DNA from: Rebecca billardiae RCC1528
Taxonomy: Eukaryota > Protista > Haptophyta
Direction of reading: 5' to 3'
Assembly (NCBI GenBank): GCA_965240325.2
Contig: OZ251235.1
Location: 496,001-560,000 of the forward strand
Length of the DNA stretch: 64,000 nucleotides
In this document: positions 1 through 11,096 of the stretch, in pieces
Numbering within the stretch: position 1 is the stretch's first letter
Layout of the letters: each line of letters begins with the position of its first letter
Made by a program: the position numbers and the translations under genes
Notes under the pieces: model-generated
The model's input: only the letters and a program-made list of their open reading frames with translations
What the model was told of the DNA's origin: nothing
The model's database searches: none

Positions 1-460
1 GCCGCACGTGCTCCGCGCAGTCCGTGGCCCGGCGTGGGGCCCGTGGCCGCGGCAGTCCCGTGTCGGGACGGGCCACGATTCCGTTCATCAGCGGCATCTC
101 CCGAGTCGCTGATGGTGCTCAGGTGACTGTGACACATGTAGTATCAGAGACGGATATTGACCGGCCGTCTTATCAATGTCTCAAGGCGCCCGAGGCAGCA
201 GCGGGCAGGGCGCGCACTACTGTCAGCGGACCGGGCGGGACTGCCCGTCCGCCCGGGCCCGGCACCGTCGGCTGTCCGGCAGCACGCGCCACACGCCACA
301 CGGCCACACCGCACGCGGGTTGTAACGGGGTCGGAATGGCGGCGGGCAGAGCCTCGGTGCGTCTTGGAGCGGTCTCGATGACCGTCGCGTCAGTCCAGCT
401 GGCGCCATTTCGGCCGGCCGGTGGCCGCGCGCTCGCCCAAACCGCCGCCCGCCGGCTCGC

Positions 461-1911
461 TCAGACCTGCCGCGAGCACAGCCGGCGCACCTGCTCGCCG
501 TTCGAGGCTGTGATCAGGTGCACCTGCTCCAGCACCGCCTGTGCCGAGTGCGCGAGGGAGAGGTCCGGCATCGGGCGCCATGTGCCCGTGTGCATGTAGT
601 AGCTAAGCATCGCCTCGAGCTCGGCCGGCGAGTACGGCGGGACGGTGATTCGACGCACGCCCGGCGCCTCCTCGCCGTCCGCCTCCGCCCTCGCGCCCCA
701 CGTGCCGCGCAGCCGCTGCCGCTGCCGCTTCTTCAGCCGACGGCTCTTAACCTGCGGCTGGAAGGTGCACGTGGCGGACTCAGCGCTGAGGACTAGCCCG
801 CGCTTGAGCTGCGAGCCCACCTCCACGGGCGACGGGAGCAGCCGCGGCAGCAGGAAGCGCGAGGCATCGAGCGGCAGCACCGACTCCGGCTCCATAAACA
901 CCGTCTGCGGCGCGGCGCGCGCTCGGGCGCGTTGGGTTGGGTGGTGGCGGGGTTGCGGGCGGGCGGCGTCAGCAGCGCACGACGGGCGCCATCGCGCGGG
1001 CACGCGGCACGCACCCCGTGCTCGAAAGCGTTCGCGTCGTCCAGCACGATCGCCACCGGCCGCGCGTCCACCTCGCGCAGCTCGCGCAGCGCGAGCGTGA
1101 GCGCGTGCGGCGCGAGCGCCTCGTCGGTCGCGCCGAGCTGCGCGAGGTCGTTCAGATTCTCGAGCCGGACGCCGGACTCGTCGGCGAAGGCGGCGGTCTC
1201 GGCGCACTTGGCCGGGAGCTCGAGGAGCGCATCGTCGTGCGCGGCGAGTAGCCCGCGCATCACGCCCATCGTGCTGCCCGTCACGTCGCATAGCTCCGCT
1301 AGGTCGTCGCGGCCTGTGCTCGACATCTCGACGCGCGCGCCGCTCAGCTGTGCGATCGTCGGCGCAGAGTTGAGGTATACGTGCGCGGAGGGGATGGAGA
1401 GGACGAGCCAGCCGGAGGCGCGGCAGGCGTGCACGAGTGATGTGAGCAGCGCGGATTTCCCCACGCCCCGCGGCCCGTCGATCACCACCGCAGCCGTGCG
1501 CGCGAGTGCGTCCGCATCGTCGCGCATCGATTCGAGCAGCGCGCACGCGTCGAGCGTGCACTGGCGCACGAGCAGGGCAGCGAGGTTGGTGGCTCGGAAC
1601 TCGCGGTGCACGCCCACGTTAACGCCCTCAGGAAAGTGCTTCTCAAGCGTGGCGACGTCCAGCTCGTAGAATCTGTTCAGGTCCTCGGCCGAGAGGGCGC
1701 CCGGCTGATTCTGCGTGAACAGCCGCTCAGCCGGCACGCTCGCGGCCGGCTCCGGCTGGCGCTGGAGCAAGGGGACGTCTTCGTGCGGGTTCGACTTGAA
1801 GGCGTGCTCGACCGAGGAGCTCGTTGTCGAGAGTGCGCGCGCGAGGGCCGGCCACGACGCGAACGCCGCGCGGCCTCGCCGAGCGCACGATGACGCCACG
1901 TGAAGCGCCAT
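461..1911 (-). CDS. DAP3: Mitochondrial small-subunit ribosomal protein mS29/DAP3 (2 exons; intron 905-1014)
   Basis: Transit-peptide-like N-terminus (MALHVASSCARRGR), LLVRQ, P-loop DGPRGVGKS followed by LVHACRASGWLVLSIP, Walker-B IVLDD, C-terminal ITVPPYSPAELEAMLSYY. A GT-AG intron joins ORF 793..2094 to ORF 461..1561 in frame. Confidence 0.85.
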
Positions 1912-2038
1912 GCGTGGCCGTGCCATCGCCAAAGTCCGGGGCACGATGGCCGGTGACGATGACAGTGGCCGGGACGTCCAGTGGCATGCCTCTCGCGTGT
2001 TCCGCCTTGGGCCATTTTGGCGCGAGCGCACGCGCGGC

Positions 2039-3430
2039 ATGGACCATCGCACCGCGCTGCGTGTTGTCACGTGGAACGTGCAGGCCGAGCGCACCCGTCA
2101 GTGCACGGGCAGCGTGGACGATCTCGGCGAGAGCACCGTGCGCTGCATCATCCGCGCGCTCCTCGCGTTCCGGCCGCATCCAGACATTATCCTGCTGCAG
2201 GAGCTGCAGCGAAGGGCGGCGACGATCGGGCCAGCAGAGGCGGAACATCTGAGCGCGCGCGATCGGGGCGACCACGCCCTCCTCTTCAAGGCCGAGCTCG
2301 CAAAGGCCGGGTACGATGGCTTCATCGTCCCCGGTCGCGGAGCGCTCACGGTCGGCACGTTCTGGCTCAGGCAGCAGCTGGACGCGGAGAGGTGCGAGGC
2401 GGTCAGCATGGGCTTCACGCACAAGACATGCGCCCTGTGCACCTTCGTCCACCGGCCGTCCGCCCGGCACGTCCTCGCCTGCAACCTGCACCTGAGCGTG
2501 CCGTACCGCGCCGGAAGGCACGACCCGATGCAGCAGATGCGCGAGCTGATCGTCTGCCTCGACGCGGCGGAGGCGGCTGCGCGCGAGGCGGAGCGCGCGG
2601 CGGGCAGTGGGTTGCGCCCGGCTCTGGTCTGTGCGGGCGACCTGAACGCGCTCCCGGCCTCAGGCGTGTGCGACATCCTCCGTGGCCGCCGCCTGTCGAG
2701 TGCCTACGCGTCCGTGCTCGGCGCCGAGCCGAGCTACACGACCGTCAACGAGCCAGCCGGCTTTGTGGGTACGGTGGACTACGTGTGGTACTCGCACGAG
2801 CTGCAGCCCGCGGGCGTGCTCGACGTGCATGCGCCCCGGCCGAACGCGCTCCCCGACGCGCGCACGCCCAGCGACCACGTGCCGCTCCTCGTCGACTTCC
2901 TCCTCCCCGCGGTGCCGGCTGCAGCGCACGGCGCGGCGCCAGGCGCCGCAGCCGGCCCTCGGCGGCACATGCAGGGTGAGGGCCCACGCCCGAGTGCGCC
3001 ATCGGGGCAGGCGCGCTCCCAAGCGGATCTGGGCCTCGGAGCACGGCTCAAGTCGAAGCCGCGCTCGCCTCCAACGGGCCTCCGGACACGGCTCGCGCCC
3101 AGCGCGCCGTCCATCACCTCCAAGCGCAAGCGCGAGTCCGTGCCAACAGCCGAGCAGGCTGGCGGCGGTCGCAGCGGTCTTTCAGCCGCGCGGCAGCACG
3201 CAGCACTCGGCGTAAGCCCAAGCCCGAGCAGCTCGTCCTCCGATGCCTCTCTGGCGCAGCAGGGGTGCGCGGAGATTAACAAGCCTGCGCTCGACCTCAG
3301 CGTATCGATGGCGATGCGCGCGCAAGGCGGCCCCGCAGAGCGCGTGAGAGTTGCCAAGGCGAGGAGGAAGAAGAGGGCCCCTCGGTGCCAGGAGGACGAC
3401 CAGAGGAAGCGCGCCAAGCAACCACGATAA
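2039..3430 (+). CDS. Exonuclease/endonuclease/phosphatase (EEP) family protein, CCR4/nocturnin/Angel-like, with basic low-complexity tail
   Basis: Motifs VVTWNV, PDIILLQE, CNLHL, AGDLN, TVDYVWY, PSDHVPL. Start uncertain (ATGs at 1910, 1946, 2039). Confidence 0.85.
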   Translation: MDHRTALRVVTWNVQAERTRQCTGSVDDLGESTVRCIIRALLAFRPHPDIILLQELQRRAATIGPAEAEHLSARDRGDHALLFKAELAKAGYDGFIVPGRGALTVGTFWLRQQLDAERCEAVSMGFTHKTCALCTFVHRPSARHVLACNLHLSVPYRAGRHDPMQQMRELIVCLDAAEAAAREAERAAGSGLRPALVCAGDLNALPASGVCDILRGRRLSSAYASVLGAEPSYTTVNEPAGFVGTVDYVWYSHELQPAGVLDVHAPRPNALPDARTPSDHVPLLVDFLLPAVPAAAHGAAPGAAAGPRRHMQGEGPRPSAPSGQARSQADLGLGARLKSKPRSPPTGLRTRLAPSAPSITSKRKRESVPTAEQAGGGRSGLSAARQHAALGVSPSPSSSSSDASLAQQGCAEINKPALDLSVSMAMRAQGGPAERVRVAKARRKKRAPRCQEDDQRKRAKQPR

Positions 3431-3585
3431 TGCGCGTGTGCTGCTGCTGCGGTCGCGCTGCGGGACAGGCCGCGACGCCCGGCTGTCTCTGCTGCTGCAG
3501 TTGACTGACGACGACCTATTAATTTGACTGACACTACTAGTGAGCTAGCCAGCCAGAGAGACTGAGAGAGAGAGAGGCCAGGGAG

Positions 3586-3588
<3 letters not shown>

Positions 3589-3637
<49 letters not shown>
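3589..3637. repeat. (GA)n microsatellite
   Basis: Read directly; further GA runs between 3555 and 3725. Confidence 0.95.
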
Positions 3638-3640
<3 letters not shown>

Positions 3641-4200
3641 CCACTCTGTAGCCAGAGAGTGAGCCCCGGGCCCGGGGAGAGAGAGAGAGAGAGGCATCAC
3701 GGTCGGACGGTACGGGGAGAGAGACCGGGCTGGGCTGGCGCCGGATTTAATTGTATATATATTGCTGACGACGAATAATAATAAACGGCGCGCTCATCAT
3801 TGGACATATCATCATCAGCAGATTCAAGTAGTCGCATATCAGCAGTCGTCGTCACTTCACGGTCGTCAATATATATATATACGCATATCATCATCATCAA
3901 TACAATATGTAGTACAAAGACGAGTAGATGAATGAGCGCAAGAATCGATGAAGAGACTGCTCTGCTGCTGAGCCTGAGTGGCGGCCTGGCGGACTCTCCG
4001 TATACTGTAGTCGTGACGACTACTAAGTGCTACCCGGTAGATGAACGCGAGAATAACAGCTTACAGCCACAGTTGTATTGTAGTAGTCGTTCGATGATCG
4101 CGTCCTCGTCGCGCGTATATTCCAGGGTGCGTATTCGTCGATCGACAATTCGTCGACGTTATATCCGCGCGTATAGCTTATCGCCGTCGCGATCATTACG

Positions 4201-5352
4201 TCACCGCGACGACGACGACCCGACTGCGACGGCGAGCGCTGGATTCGGCTGCCAGAATTCAGCCAATTTTCTGGCCGGGCACCACGAGCCCACGCGCGCT
4301 TCCTCGCCCAGCACCCCACGTGTCGACTCGTTGTTCGGCAGCAGCTTGCTGTTGTGCCGGCGGGGGTTGGAATGCCAGCAGCCCTCCTCGCGCAAGCCCG
4401 CGCACGCAAGTGGTAGGTCGAGGCTGCTGAGTGGGCGTGTGGAGATGAGCATCTCGAGCAGGCATGAGCTGCTTCGGGCGAAGTGCTCGCGCAGGCTCTC
4501 GAAATTGGTCACGCGCAGGCGCAGCGCCTCAGCGCTCACCTTCGCGGTCGAGTGCCCTCCCAGCGCCCGGTGCACGCCGCCAGCAGCGTCGGAAGTGGCT
4601 CGCGCGGCACGCTCAGCGGGCAGCCCGGCCGCTAGCCCGAGCAATGAGCTGAGCGCGCCGTCAACGTCAAGCTGCATGTCCTCGTACTCGATGGTGATGA
4701 ACCTGCCGGAGTGCGTGAGCGGCACCACGCTCTCCATGAGCCCCACGGACTGCACCCGCGTCCAGTGCATATGCCTGGCCATCTTCTCGAGTGTGTGAGG
4801 CTCGACATGCCATGGCTGCGCGTGCTCGACGGAGAGCCGCGCCGAGAGCTGCGAGTAGGCCCATTTGACGAGGTTGCGCCGCGAGTGCAGGACGAATTGC
4901 ACGTGCGGCCGCACGCGCGCAAGCACGTGCAGCGTGTGCTGCTCGCCGGGCAGGGCATGGTTGGGCGACGCAGCCATCGAGGCGCCCACCACAGAGCACG
5001 GCTTGGCGCAGTGGCTCGCGCCGCTTGCCCGCGGGCAGCGGTTGCACCAGTTGGGGCGATGATCGCAGCACGGCGGCCGCAAGGGGTCAAAGTACTCGAG
5101 CAGGTAAGCCCGATCTGCACCTTGGAAGAGCTCGGCATACTTTGTCCGGTTCGTCCGCTTATTCTTCCGGCCTAGCGCCTTAGACACGGCCGGGCGTGCG
5201 CACAGGTTGATCTCGAAGACGAGCCGCCGGCCGGGTGTGGCGCACATCTGCGAGGACATCCAGAACGAGCCCATGTGGTAGCGTTTCACGATCATCAGCG
5301 AGTAGGTCATCAGCAGAGCTCCGCCCGACCCGTTGACCGCAGCGGGCGCCAT
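4201..5352 (-). CDS. Putative sulfotransferase (Stf0-like P-loop fold), intronless
   Basis: KRYHMGSFW as a degenerate 5'-PAPS loop, FVLHSRRNLVKWAYS as the 3'-PB motif, ITIEYEDM. Confidence 0.55.
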   Translation of the reverse strand: MAPAAVNGSGGALLMTYSLMIVKRYHMGSFWMSSQMCATPGRRLVFEINLCARPAVSKALGRKNKRTNRTKYAELFQGADRAYLLEYFDPLRPPCCDHRPNWCNRCPRASGASHCAKPCSVVGASMAASPNHALPGEQHTLHVLARVRPHVQFVLHSRRNLVKWAYSQLSARLSVEHAQPWHVEPHTLEKMARHMHWTRVQSVGLMESVVPLTHSGRFITIEYEDMQLDVDGALSSLLGLAAGLPAERAARATSDAAGGVHRALGGHSTAKVSAEALRLRVTNFESLREHFARSSSCLLEMLISTRPLSSLDLPLACAGLREEGCWHSNPRRHNSKLLPNNESTRGVLGEEARVGSWCPARKLAEFWQPNPALAVAVGSSSSR

Positions 5353-5364
5353 GCTGACTACTGT

Positions 5365-5441
5365 GGTGTCTTTGTGCAGTGTTGGTTGGATGGCGTTAAT
5401 CACGCCTTAACCAAGTGTGCACGTTAAATCATAGTAAACTG
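5365..5441 (-). mobile_element. Inverted partial copy of the left end of the adjacent CAGTTTACTA-family MITE
   Basis: 5365-5444 is the reverse complement of 5484-5559 apart from a 4-bp indel. Confidence 0.8.
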
Positions 5442-5486
5442 TACTGACAAGTGCTGACGACAGCCATCACTGTAATACCAGCGGTA

Positions 5487-5725
5487 CAGTTTACTATGAT
5501 TTAACGTGCACACTTGGTTAAGGCGTGATTAACGCCATCCAACACTGCACAAAGACACCGCCACAAAACAGACCGGCGCAGGCAGGTGAGGCCGGCGCGT
5601 TGCCGCACCTCATCGAGGCGGCCATTGCAGCAAGCGGCCGCCCCACACTACAATTTAATTAATAGTATCCGGCCAGCATCTCTCGCCTGCCTGAGCTGTG
5701 TGCTTCTCTTATTCTTAGTAAACTG
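5487..5725. mobile_element. Tc1/mariner-type MITE (TA|CAGTTTACTA...TAGTAAACTG|TA), 239 bp
   Basis: 10-bp perfect TIR extending into imperfect ~46-49 bp ends; TA at 5485-5486 and 5726-5727; the same ends recur at 43041, 58351, 58451 and 63351. Confidence 0.75.
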
Positions 5726-6046
5726 TAGTATTCAGCAGATAACTCAGTAGTACTTAGTCTTAGCTAGTACGTCACCATTGGCATTCATCATCATGAATAA
5801 GTTCTCAGCGGCGTAGTTGCAATTCTGCGAGGGCCAAGCTGTGAAGCCTACTGACTACATACCTCTCCGGCTGCTGAGTGCTGATGCATCATCCAGTCAA
5901 TCACGACTCATTGGCATCGTCCGCCGCAGCCGGCAGCGCGGCAGCACTGTTGCGGCGTCGTACATCTGCGCAATCGGCCGCGCACGCGGTCGCAAACGAA
6001 GTCACAGTGACAGGCGTCGCCTAAAGACCGCGGTGGCAGGGCTGAT

Positions 6047-8592
6047 TCACTCGTCGGTCACGCAGCCCTCCGACGCGGACTTGACGCGCTGGATGTACTT
6101 GAAGAGCGTGCCGCGCGTCGCCTTGAGCGGGGGCGCCGTCCACCGCTCCTTGCGCGCCGCCATCTCTGCGTCGCTGATGTGCACCGTCATCTTGCGCGTC
6201 GCAGCGTCGATCGAGATCTTGTCGCCGTCCTGCGACGCGTGCGCGCGCGCGCCACCGCGTCCGCGCGGGCAGGCGGGGTGCGAGCGGATGAGCTCGGGAG
6301 CGCACGCGCGCGTGCACACCGGGCGGCAGCGCTCGCGCGCACGCCGCGCCGCTCGGGCGGCGCGCGCGCACACCTGCACGAGCGCGATCGGCCCGCCGAC
6401 CTGCGCCTCGGGCGACACATGTCCGATGATGAAGCCGTGCGAGCCTCCGGAGAAGCGGCCGTCGGTGAGCAGCGCGACGTCCTTGCCGAGGCCGGCGCCC
6501 ATGATCACCGAGGTGGGCGAGAGCATCTCGGGCATGCCCGGGCCGCCCTTGGGCCCCTCGTACCGGATCACGATCACCGAGCCCTTGCCCACCTTGCCGT
6601 CCTCGACCGCCTGGGCGGGTGCAGGCGGTCAGGCGCGCGGCACGCGTCCGCACGCGCGCGCGAGAGCGAGGCGGCGAGGGGGCGGGCGTGGGTGGCTGTG
6701 CGCGCGCGCGGCGTGCGCGCGCGCAGCCCCGGGCGCGGCGGCGCGGCGGCGCACCTTGAGCATGTCCTCCTCGCAGTCGAAGCAGAGCGCGCTGCCCTCG
6801 AACGAGAGCCCCTCCTTGCCCGTGATCTTAGCGACCGAGCCCTCGGGCGCGAGGTTGCCGTACAGGATCTGCAGGTGGCCCGACGCCTTGATCGGCTTCG
6901 AGAGCGGCATGATCACGTCCTGCCCCTGCTCGAGGTCGGGCACGTTCGCCACGTTCTCCGCGAGCGTCTTCCCCGTCACCGTCATGCACGAGCCGTCGAG
7001 CAGCCCCTCCGCCAGCAGGTACTTGAGCACGGCGGGCGTGCCGCCCACACGGTGCACGTCCTCCATCACGTACTTGCCCGACGGCTTCAGGTCGGCGATG
7101 AAGGGGACCTTGTCCGAGATCTCCTGGAAGGTCTCGAGCGAGAGGTCGAGGCCGACTGCCTGCCGCGCCGCGCGCAGCGCCGAGCGAGCGGGAGGCGGGC
7201 GGGCGCATCCGCGCGACGCGACGAGCCGCGCGCGCTCTCAACCGCCGGCCTCCGCTGCGCGGCCCTAGGACGCCCGCGCGAGGGACGGCGCGCGTGCGGC
7301 CGACGAGCGCGCGCGTCGGGCGCGCGCGCGCGCAGGTGGCGGGCCGCGCGCGCGCACCCTTCCCATCGCGATGAGGTGCAGCACCGCGTTCGTCGAGCCG
7401 CCCAGCGCCATCACCGTCACGATGGCGTTCTTGAACGCGGAGAGGGACATGATGTCCGACGGCTTCAGGTCGTCGATCAGCAGCCGCTTCATCGCGGCGC
7501 CCGCGGCGACGCACTCGTGGAGCTTCTCCTCCGAGTTGGCCGGGTTGGACGAGGAGTACGGCAGGGACATGCCCATCGCCTCGATCGCCGTCGCCATCGT
7601 GTTCGCCGTGTACATGCCGCCGCACGCGCCCGCGCCCGGGCACGCATGCCGCACGATGTCCTTGCGCGTCGGCTCGTCGATCGAGCCCGAGAGGAACTCG
7701 CCGTACGACTGGAAGGCGGAGACGATGTCGAGGGTCTGCGTCTTGCCCGGCGCGCAGCCCGCGCGGATCGTGCCGCCGTACACCATCAGCGACGGCCTGT
7801 TGATCCGGCCCATGGCGATCAGGCACCCCTGCGCCGTGCCGCGCGGAGGGCGCGCGGGCGATCGCTCCGTGTGCACTGGTGAGGCGCGCGCGAACGTCGA
7901 GGCGGCGCGCGCTCCGGAGCCGAGCGCGCCGCGCACGACGGCCCGTCGTCGACCCACACCGCGCGCGCGCGCACCGGCATGTTCTTGTCGCAGCCTGCGA
8001 TGGAGACGCCACCGTCGTACCACTGCGCGCTCATCACGGTCTCGATCGAGTCGGCGATCAGATCGCGCGACTGGAGGGAGTAGGACATGCCGTCCGTACC
8101 CATCGAGATGCCGTCGGAGACGCCGATTGTGTTGAAACGGAAGCCCACGAGGCCCTCGCCCGTCACGCCCTCCTTCACCTTCGCCGCCAGGTCGAGCAGG
8201 TGCATGTTGCACGGCTGCGCACAACACGGCCCGCGTCGAAGCGCGCGCGCGGCGCGCGGGGGGAGCGGGTCACACGCGGCGCGCCCGTCGTCCCAGCCGT
8301 TGGCGCGAGCACACGCCATTCGCCAAAGCCAAGCGCTCGCGCTGACGACGCTTCGGGCGGCCAAGCCCGCGCGCGTCGGCTCGCACGCGCGTACGTTGCC
8401 CTCATACCACACGGACGCGATGCCGACCTGCGCCTTGGACATGTCCTCCTCCTTGAGGCCCGTGGCGTAGAGCATGGCCTGGGAGGCGCCCTGCGACTTG
8501 GGCTCCGTGATCCGCTTGCTCACGCGGTTCGGAGCCGCATTCGACGAGAGCAGGCGCCGAAGCGCAGGCCGTGCGTAGCGTGCGCCCATCAT
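6047..8592 (-). CDS. ilvD: Dihydroxy-acid dehydratase (6 exons; introns 8215-8394, 7829-7974, 7160-7357, 6611-6754, 6230-6373)
   Basis: [94 protein letters not shown]. All five introns are GT-AG and restore the frame; organellar-type presequence. Confidence 0.97.
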
Positions 8593-8721
8593 CCGGCCGA
8601 TCGACGCGCCACGCGGCCGCGAGCCCAGCCGTGTGCTTTCAAGCGTGATCTCGAACGCGACGAAAATGATTGGCCTGGCCGCTGAGATTGAGATTTGTCA
8701 GATTTCGTCGGCGGGGCAAGC

Positions 8722-9957
8722 ATGGCCGCCCCCATGTATTCCGTCGTCCTTCTCGTCGTCGCTGCGGTGGCGGGTGCCGACGTCGCTCCAGGGCTCGCAG
8801 CGGACGCCCACGGCATGCCCGCGACAGTGAGCGACGTTGGCGTCCCCCCGCGCCGCTTCCGTGTGTCCCTCGACCTCCCGCCCATCGATCGCTGGACGCA
8901 CATCGCCGCGGCCTACCGCCAGCCGTATGAGGCGGCCGTGAAGGCTTTGACGCGGCGGTGGCAGGTCCACCTCGCGATCGATGTCGTCGAGCACGCCTTG
9001 CGCAGCGAGGGCCTCGTGGCGCGCCTCTACCCGGGCGAGCTTCTCGGCGAGCTGCGCTCGATCGCGCGTGGACTCAACATCTCGACCTCGCGAGTGGCGG
9101 CCAACAGCTTGCTGTACGACCTCACCGCGGCGCAAAAGTCGCCGCACGCGGCGTGCACGAGCATCGTCGCGGCGACGCATGATGGCCGTGTGATCCATGG
9201 CCGCAACCTCGACTACCACCAGGCGGACACGCTCAAGCCGCTCGCGATCCTCGTCGACTTTGTCCGCGCGGGCGAGCCGGAGTGGTCGGCGACCGTGTTC
9301 GCGGGCATGCCCACCTTCAACACGGCCCAGAAGCGCGGCGGCTGCGCGAGGCGCACGCCCTTCTCGCTCTCGCAGGACGAGCGTGACGAGGGCAGTCTGA
9401 TGGCCAACTGGCTCGCGCTCGCCACCGGCTCGGCCCCCTCGACCTTCGCCTCCTTCCGCCGCGTGGTCGAGGACGCGTGCTCCTTCGACGAGGCGGTGGG
9501 CATGCTCGAGGCCGTACCGCTGCCGGCCTCTTCGTACTTCGTCGCGGCCGGCTCGCGCCCGCTCGAGGGCGCCGTGATCACGCGCGCGCGCGACCGACCG
9601 GTCGACGTGTGGCGGCTCGGTGGCGGCTCGGCGCTCAGCGGCTGGTACCTCCTCGAGACGAACTACGACCACTGGGCGCCTGCCCCCGATTCCGACCGTC
9701 GGCGCGCGGTGGGCGAGCGCGCAATGACACGCTTCACCCCCGCAAATTTCAGCGCCGACGGCATGCTTGAGGTGCTCAGCACGTGGCGTGCCGACACTGC
9801 GCGTGGCGAACGCGGGATCTACAACAACAAGACGGTCTTCTCGCAGGTGATGCTGCAGCCACCGCCGCCAGCCCACGGCATGCTCACCGTCGTCGTGCGT
9901 GGCCCGTGGCCGCATCATCGCCATCATCCCATCACTTCGTCCGTGACTTCCCAGTAG
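8722..9957 (+). CDS. Acid ceramidase / N-acylethanolamine acid amidase (Ntn hydrolase)
   Basis: Signal peptide, LDLPPIDRW, autocleavage site ACTSIVA, HGRNLDY, EGAVITR, LLETNYDHW. Confidence 0.92.
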   Translation: MAAPMYSVVLLVVAAVAGADVAPGLAADAHGMPATVSDVGVPPRRFRVSLDLPPIDRWTHIAAAYRQPYEAAVKALTRRWQVHLAIDVVEHALRSEGLVARLYPGELLGELRSIARGLNISTSRVAANSLLYDLTAAQKSPHAACTSIVAATHDGRVIHGRNLDYHQADTLKPLAILVDFVRAGEPEWSATVFAGMPTFNTAQKRGGCARRTPFSLSQDERDEGSLMANWLALATGSAPSTFASFRRVVEDACSFDEAVGMLEAVPLPASSYFVAAGSRPLEGAVITRARDRPVDVWRLGGGSALSGWYLLETNYDHWAPAPDSDRRRAVGERAMTRFTPANFSADGMLEVLSTWRADTARGERGIYNNKTVFSQVMLQPPPPAHGMLTVVVRGPWPHHRHHPITSSVTSQ

Positions 9958-10226
9958 TAGGGCGGACGAACGTCTGTACAAACTCCACGACGAGCAGCGC
10001 GGTGACGCCCGTGAGCGCTCGCTTGTTGAACGGCACCATCGCGCTGATGGATTGACTCATTGCATGACACTAACTGACTGCTACCCCCATATACCCCCAT
10101 ATATATATATAGCTAGTAGTATAATTATCAGAAATAAATCCGGATGCATTGGCCGTGGAACCGTCCGGATTACTGGATTCATCGTCAAATCGTCAATAAT
10201 GCACCTGGCGGTAATACTCACCGCCT

Positions 10227-11058
10227 TCTAATGGCCCTGTAACGGCCGGCGGGTCGCTCTGCGACACCGCCAACAGAAAGGACAGTGGGACTGGGACACA
10301 GGGGACTTTGGTCCCGCGCCCCTCTCGCGGGCTCTGGCGCGCGAACGCTTTGCCACTACTGGCCCCCCGAGCCGGAGAGCGGCGCTCCGTGCACCAACAA
10401 AGGCATCCCCAGCCGCATGTTGCCACTCGACACCTCGTCTCGCCTCGCGCGGAGCCAACTTGTGGTGTGCGGGAGCCACCCGTAGCACACTGGGCCGTGT
10501 AGCGACGCGCGTGGCGGGTCAACAGTGCATCGCGAAGGCGTCGCACGCGCAATCCGTTGAGTACATACTCATGTCTGTCCCATGGCACGTCGTGCGCCGC
10601 CGTGTGCGCCGATGCACTCCCGACTCGCGACGCGCCGCGTGCAGCACAGCCTGTGCTTCGGGTAGCTCCCGCACACCACAAGTTGGCGCCGCGCGAAGCG
10701 AGACGAGGTGTCGACAGGCGGTGCATGACGTGCCATGGGACAGACATGAGTATGTACTCAACATTGCGCGTGCGACACCCTCGCGATGCACTGTTGACCC
10801 AGTGTGCTACGGGTGGCTCCCGCACACCACAAGTTGGCTCCGCGCGAGGCGAGACGAGGTGTCGAGTGGCAACATGCGGCTGGGGATGTCTTTGTTGGTG
10901 CACGGAGCGCCTATCTCCGGCTCGGCGGCCAGTAGTGACAAAGCGTTCGCGCGCCAGAGCCCGCGAGAGGGGCGCGACCAAAGTCCCCTGTGTCCCACTG
11001 TCCTTTCCGCCGCACCCCTCGCCCAGCGAGGGGTGCTCGACCGTTACGGGAGATTAGA
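10227..11058. mobile_element. Foldback / long-TIR non-autonomous element, ~830 bp near-palindrome
   Basis: 10276-10591 is largely the reverse complement of 10727-11007; weaker outer TIR TCTAAT..GTAACGG / CCGTTAC..ATTAGA; no credible coding frame. Confidence 0.75.
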
Positions 11059-11096
11059 TGCACCTGGGTAATACTGCAGCATGGCGCAAGCACAGC

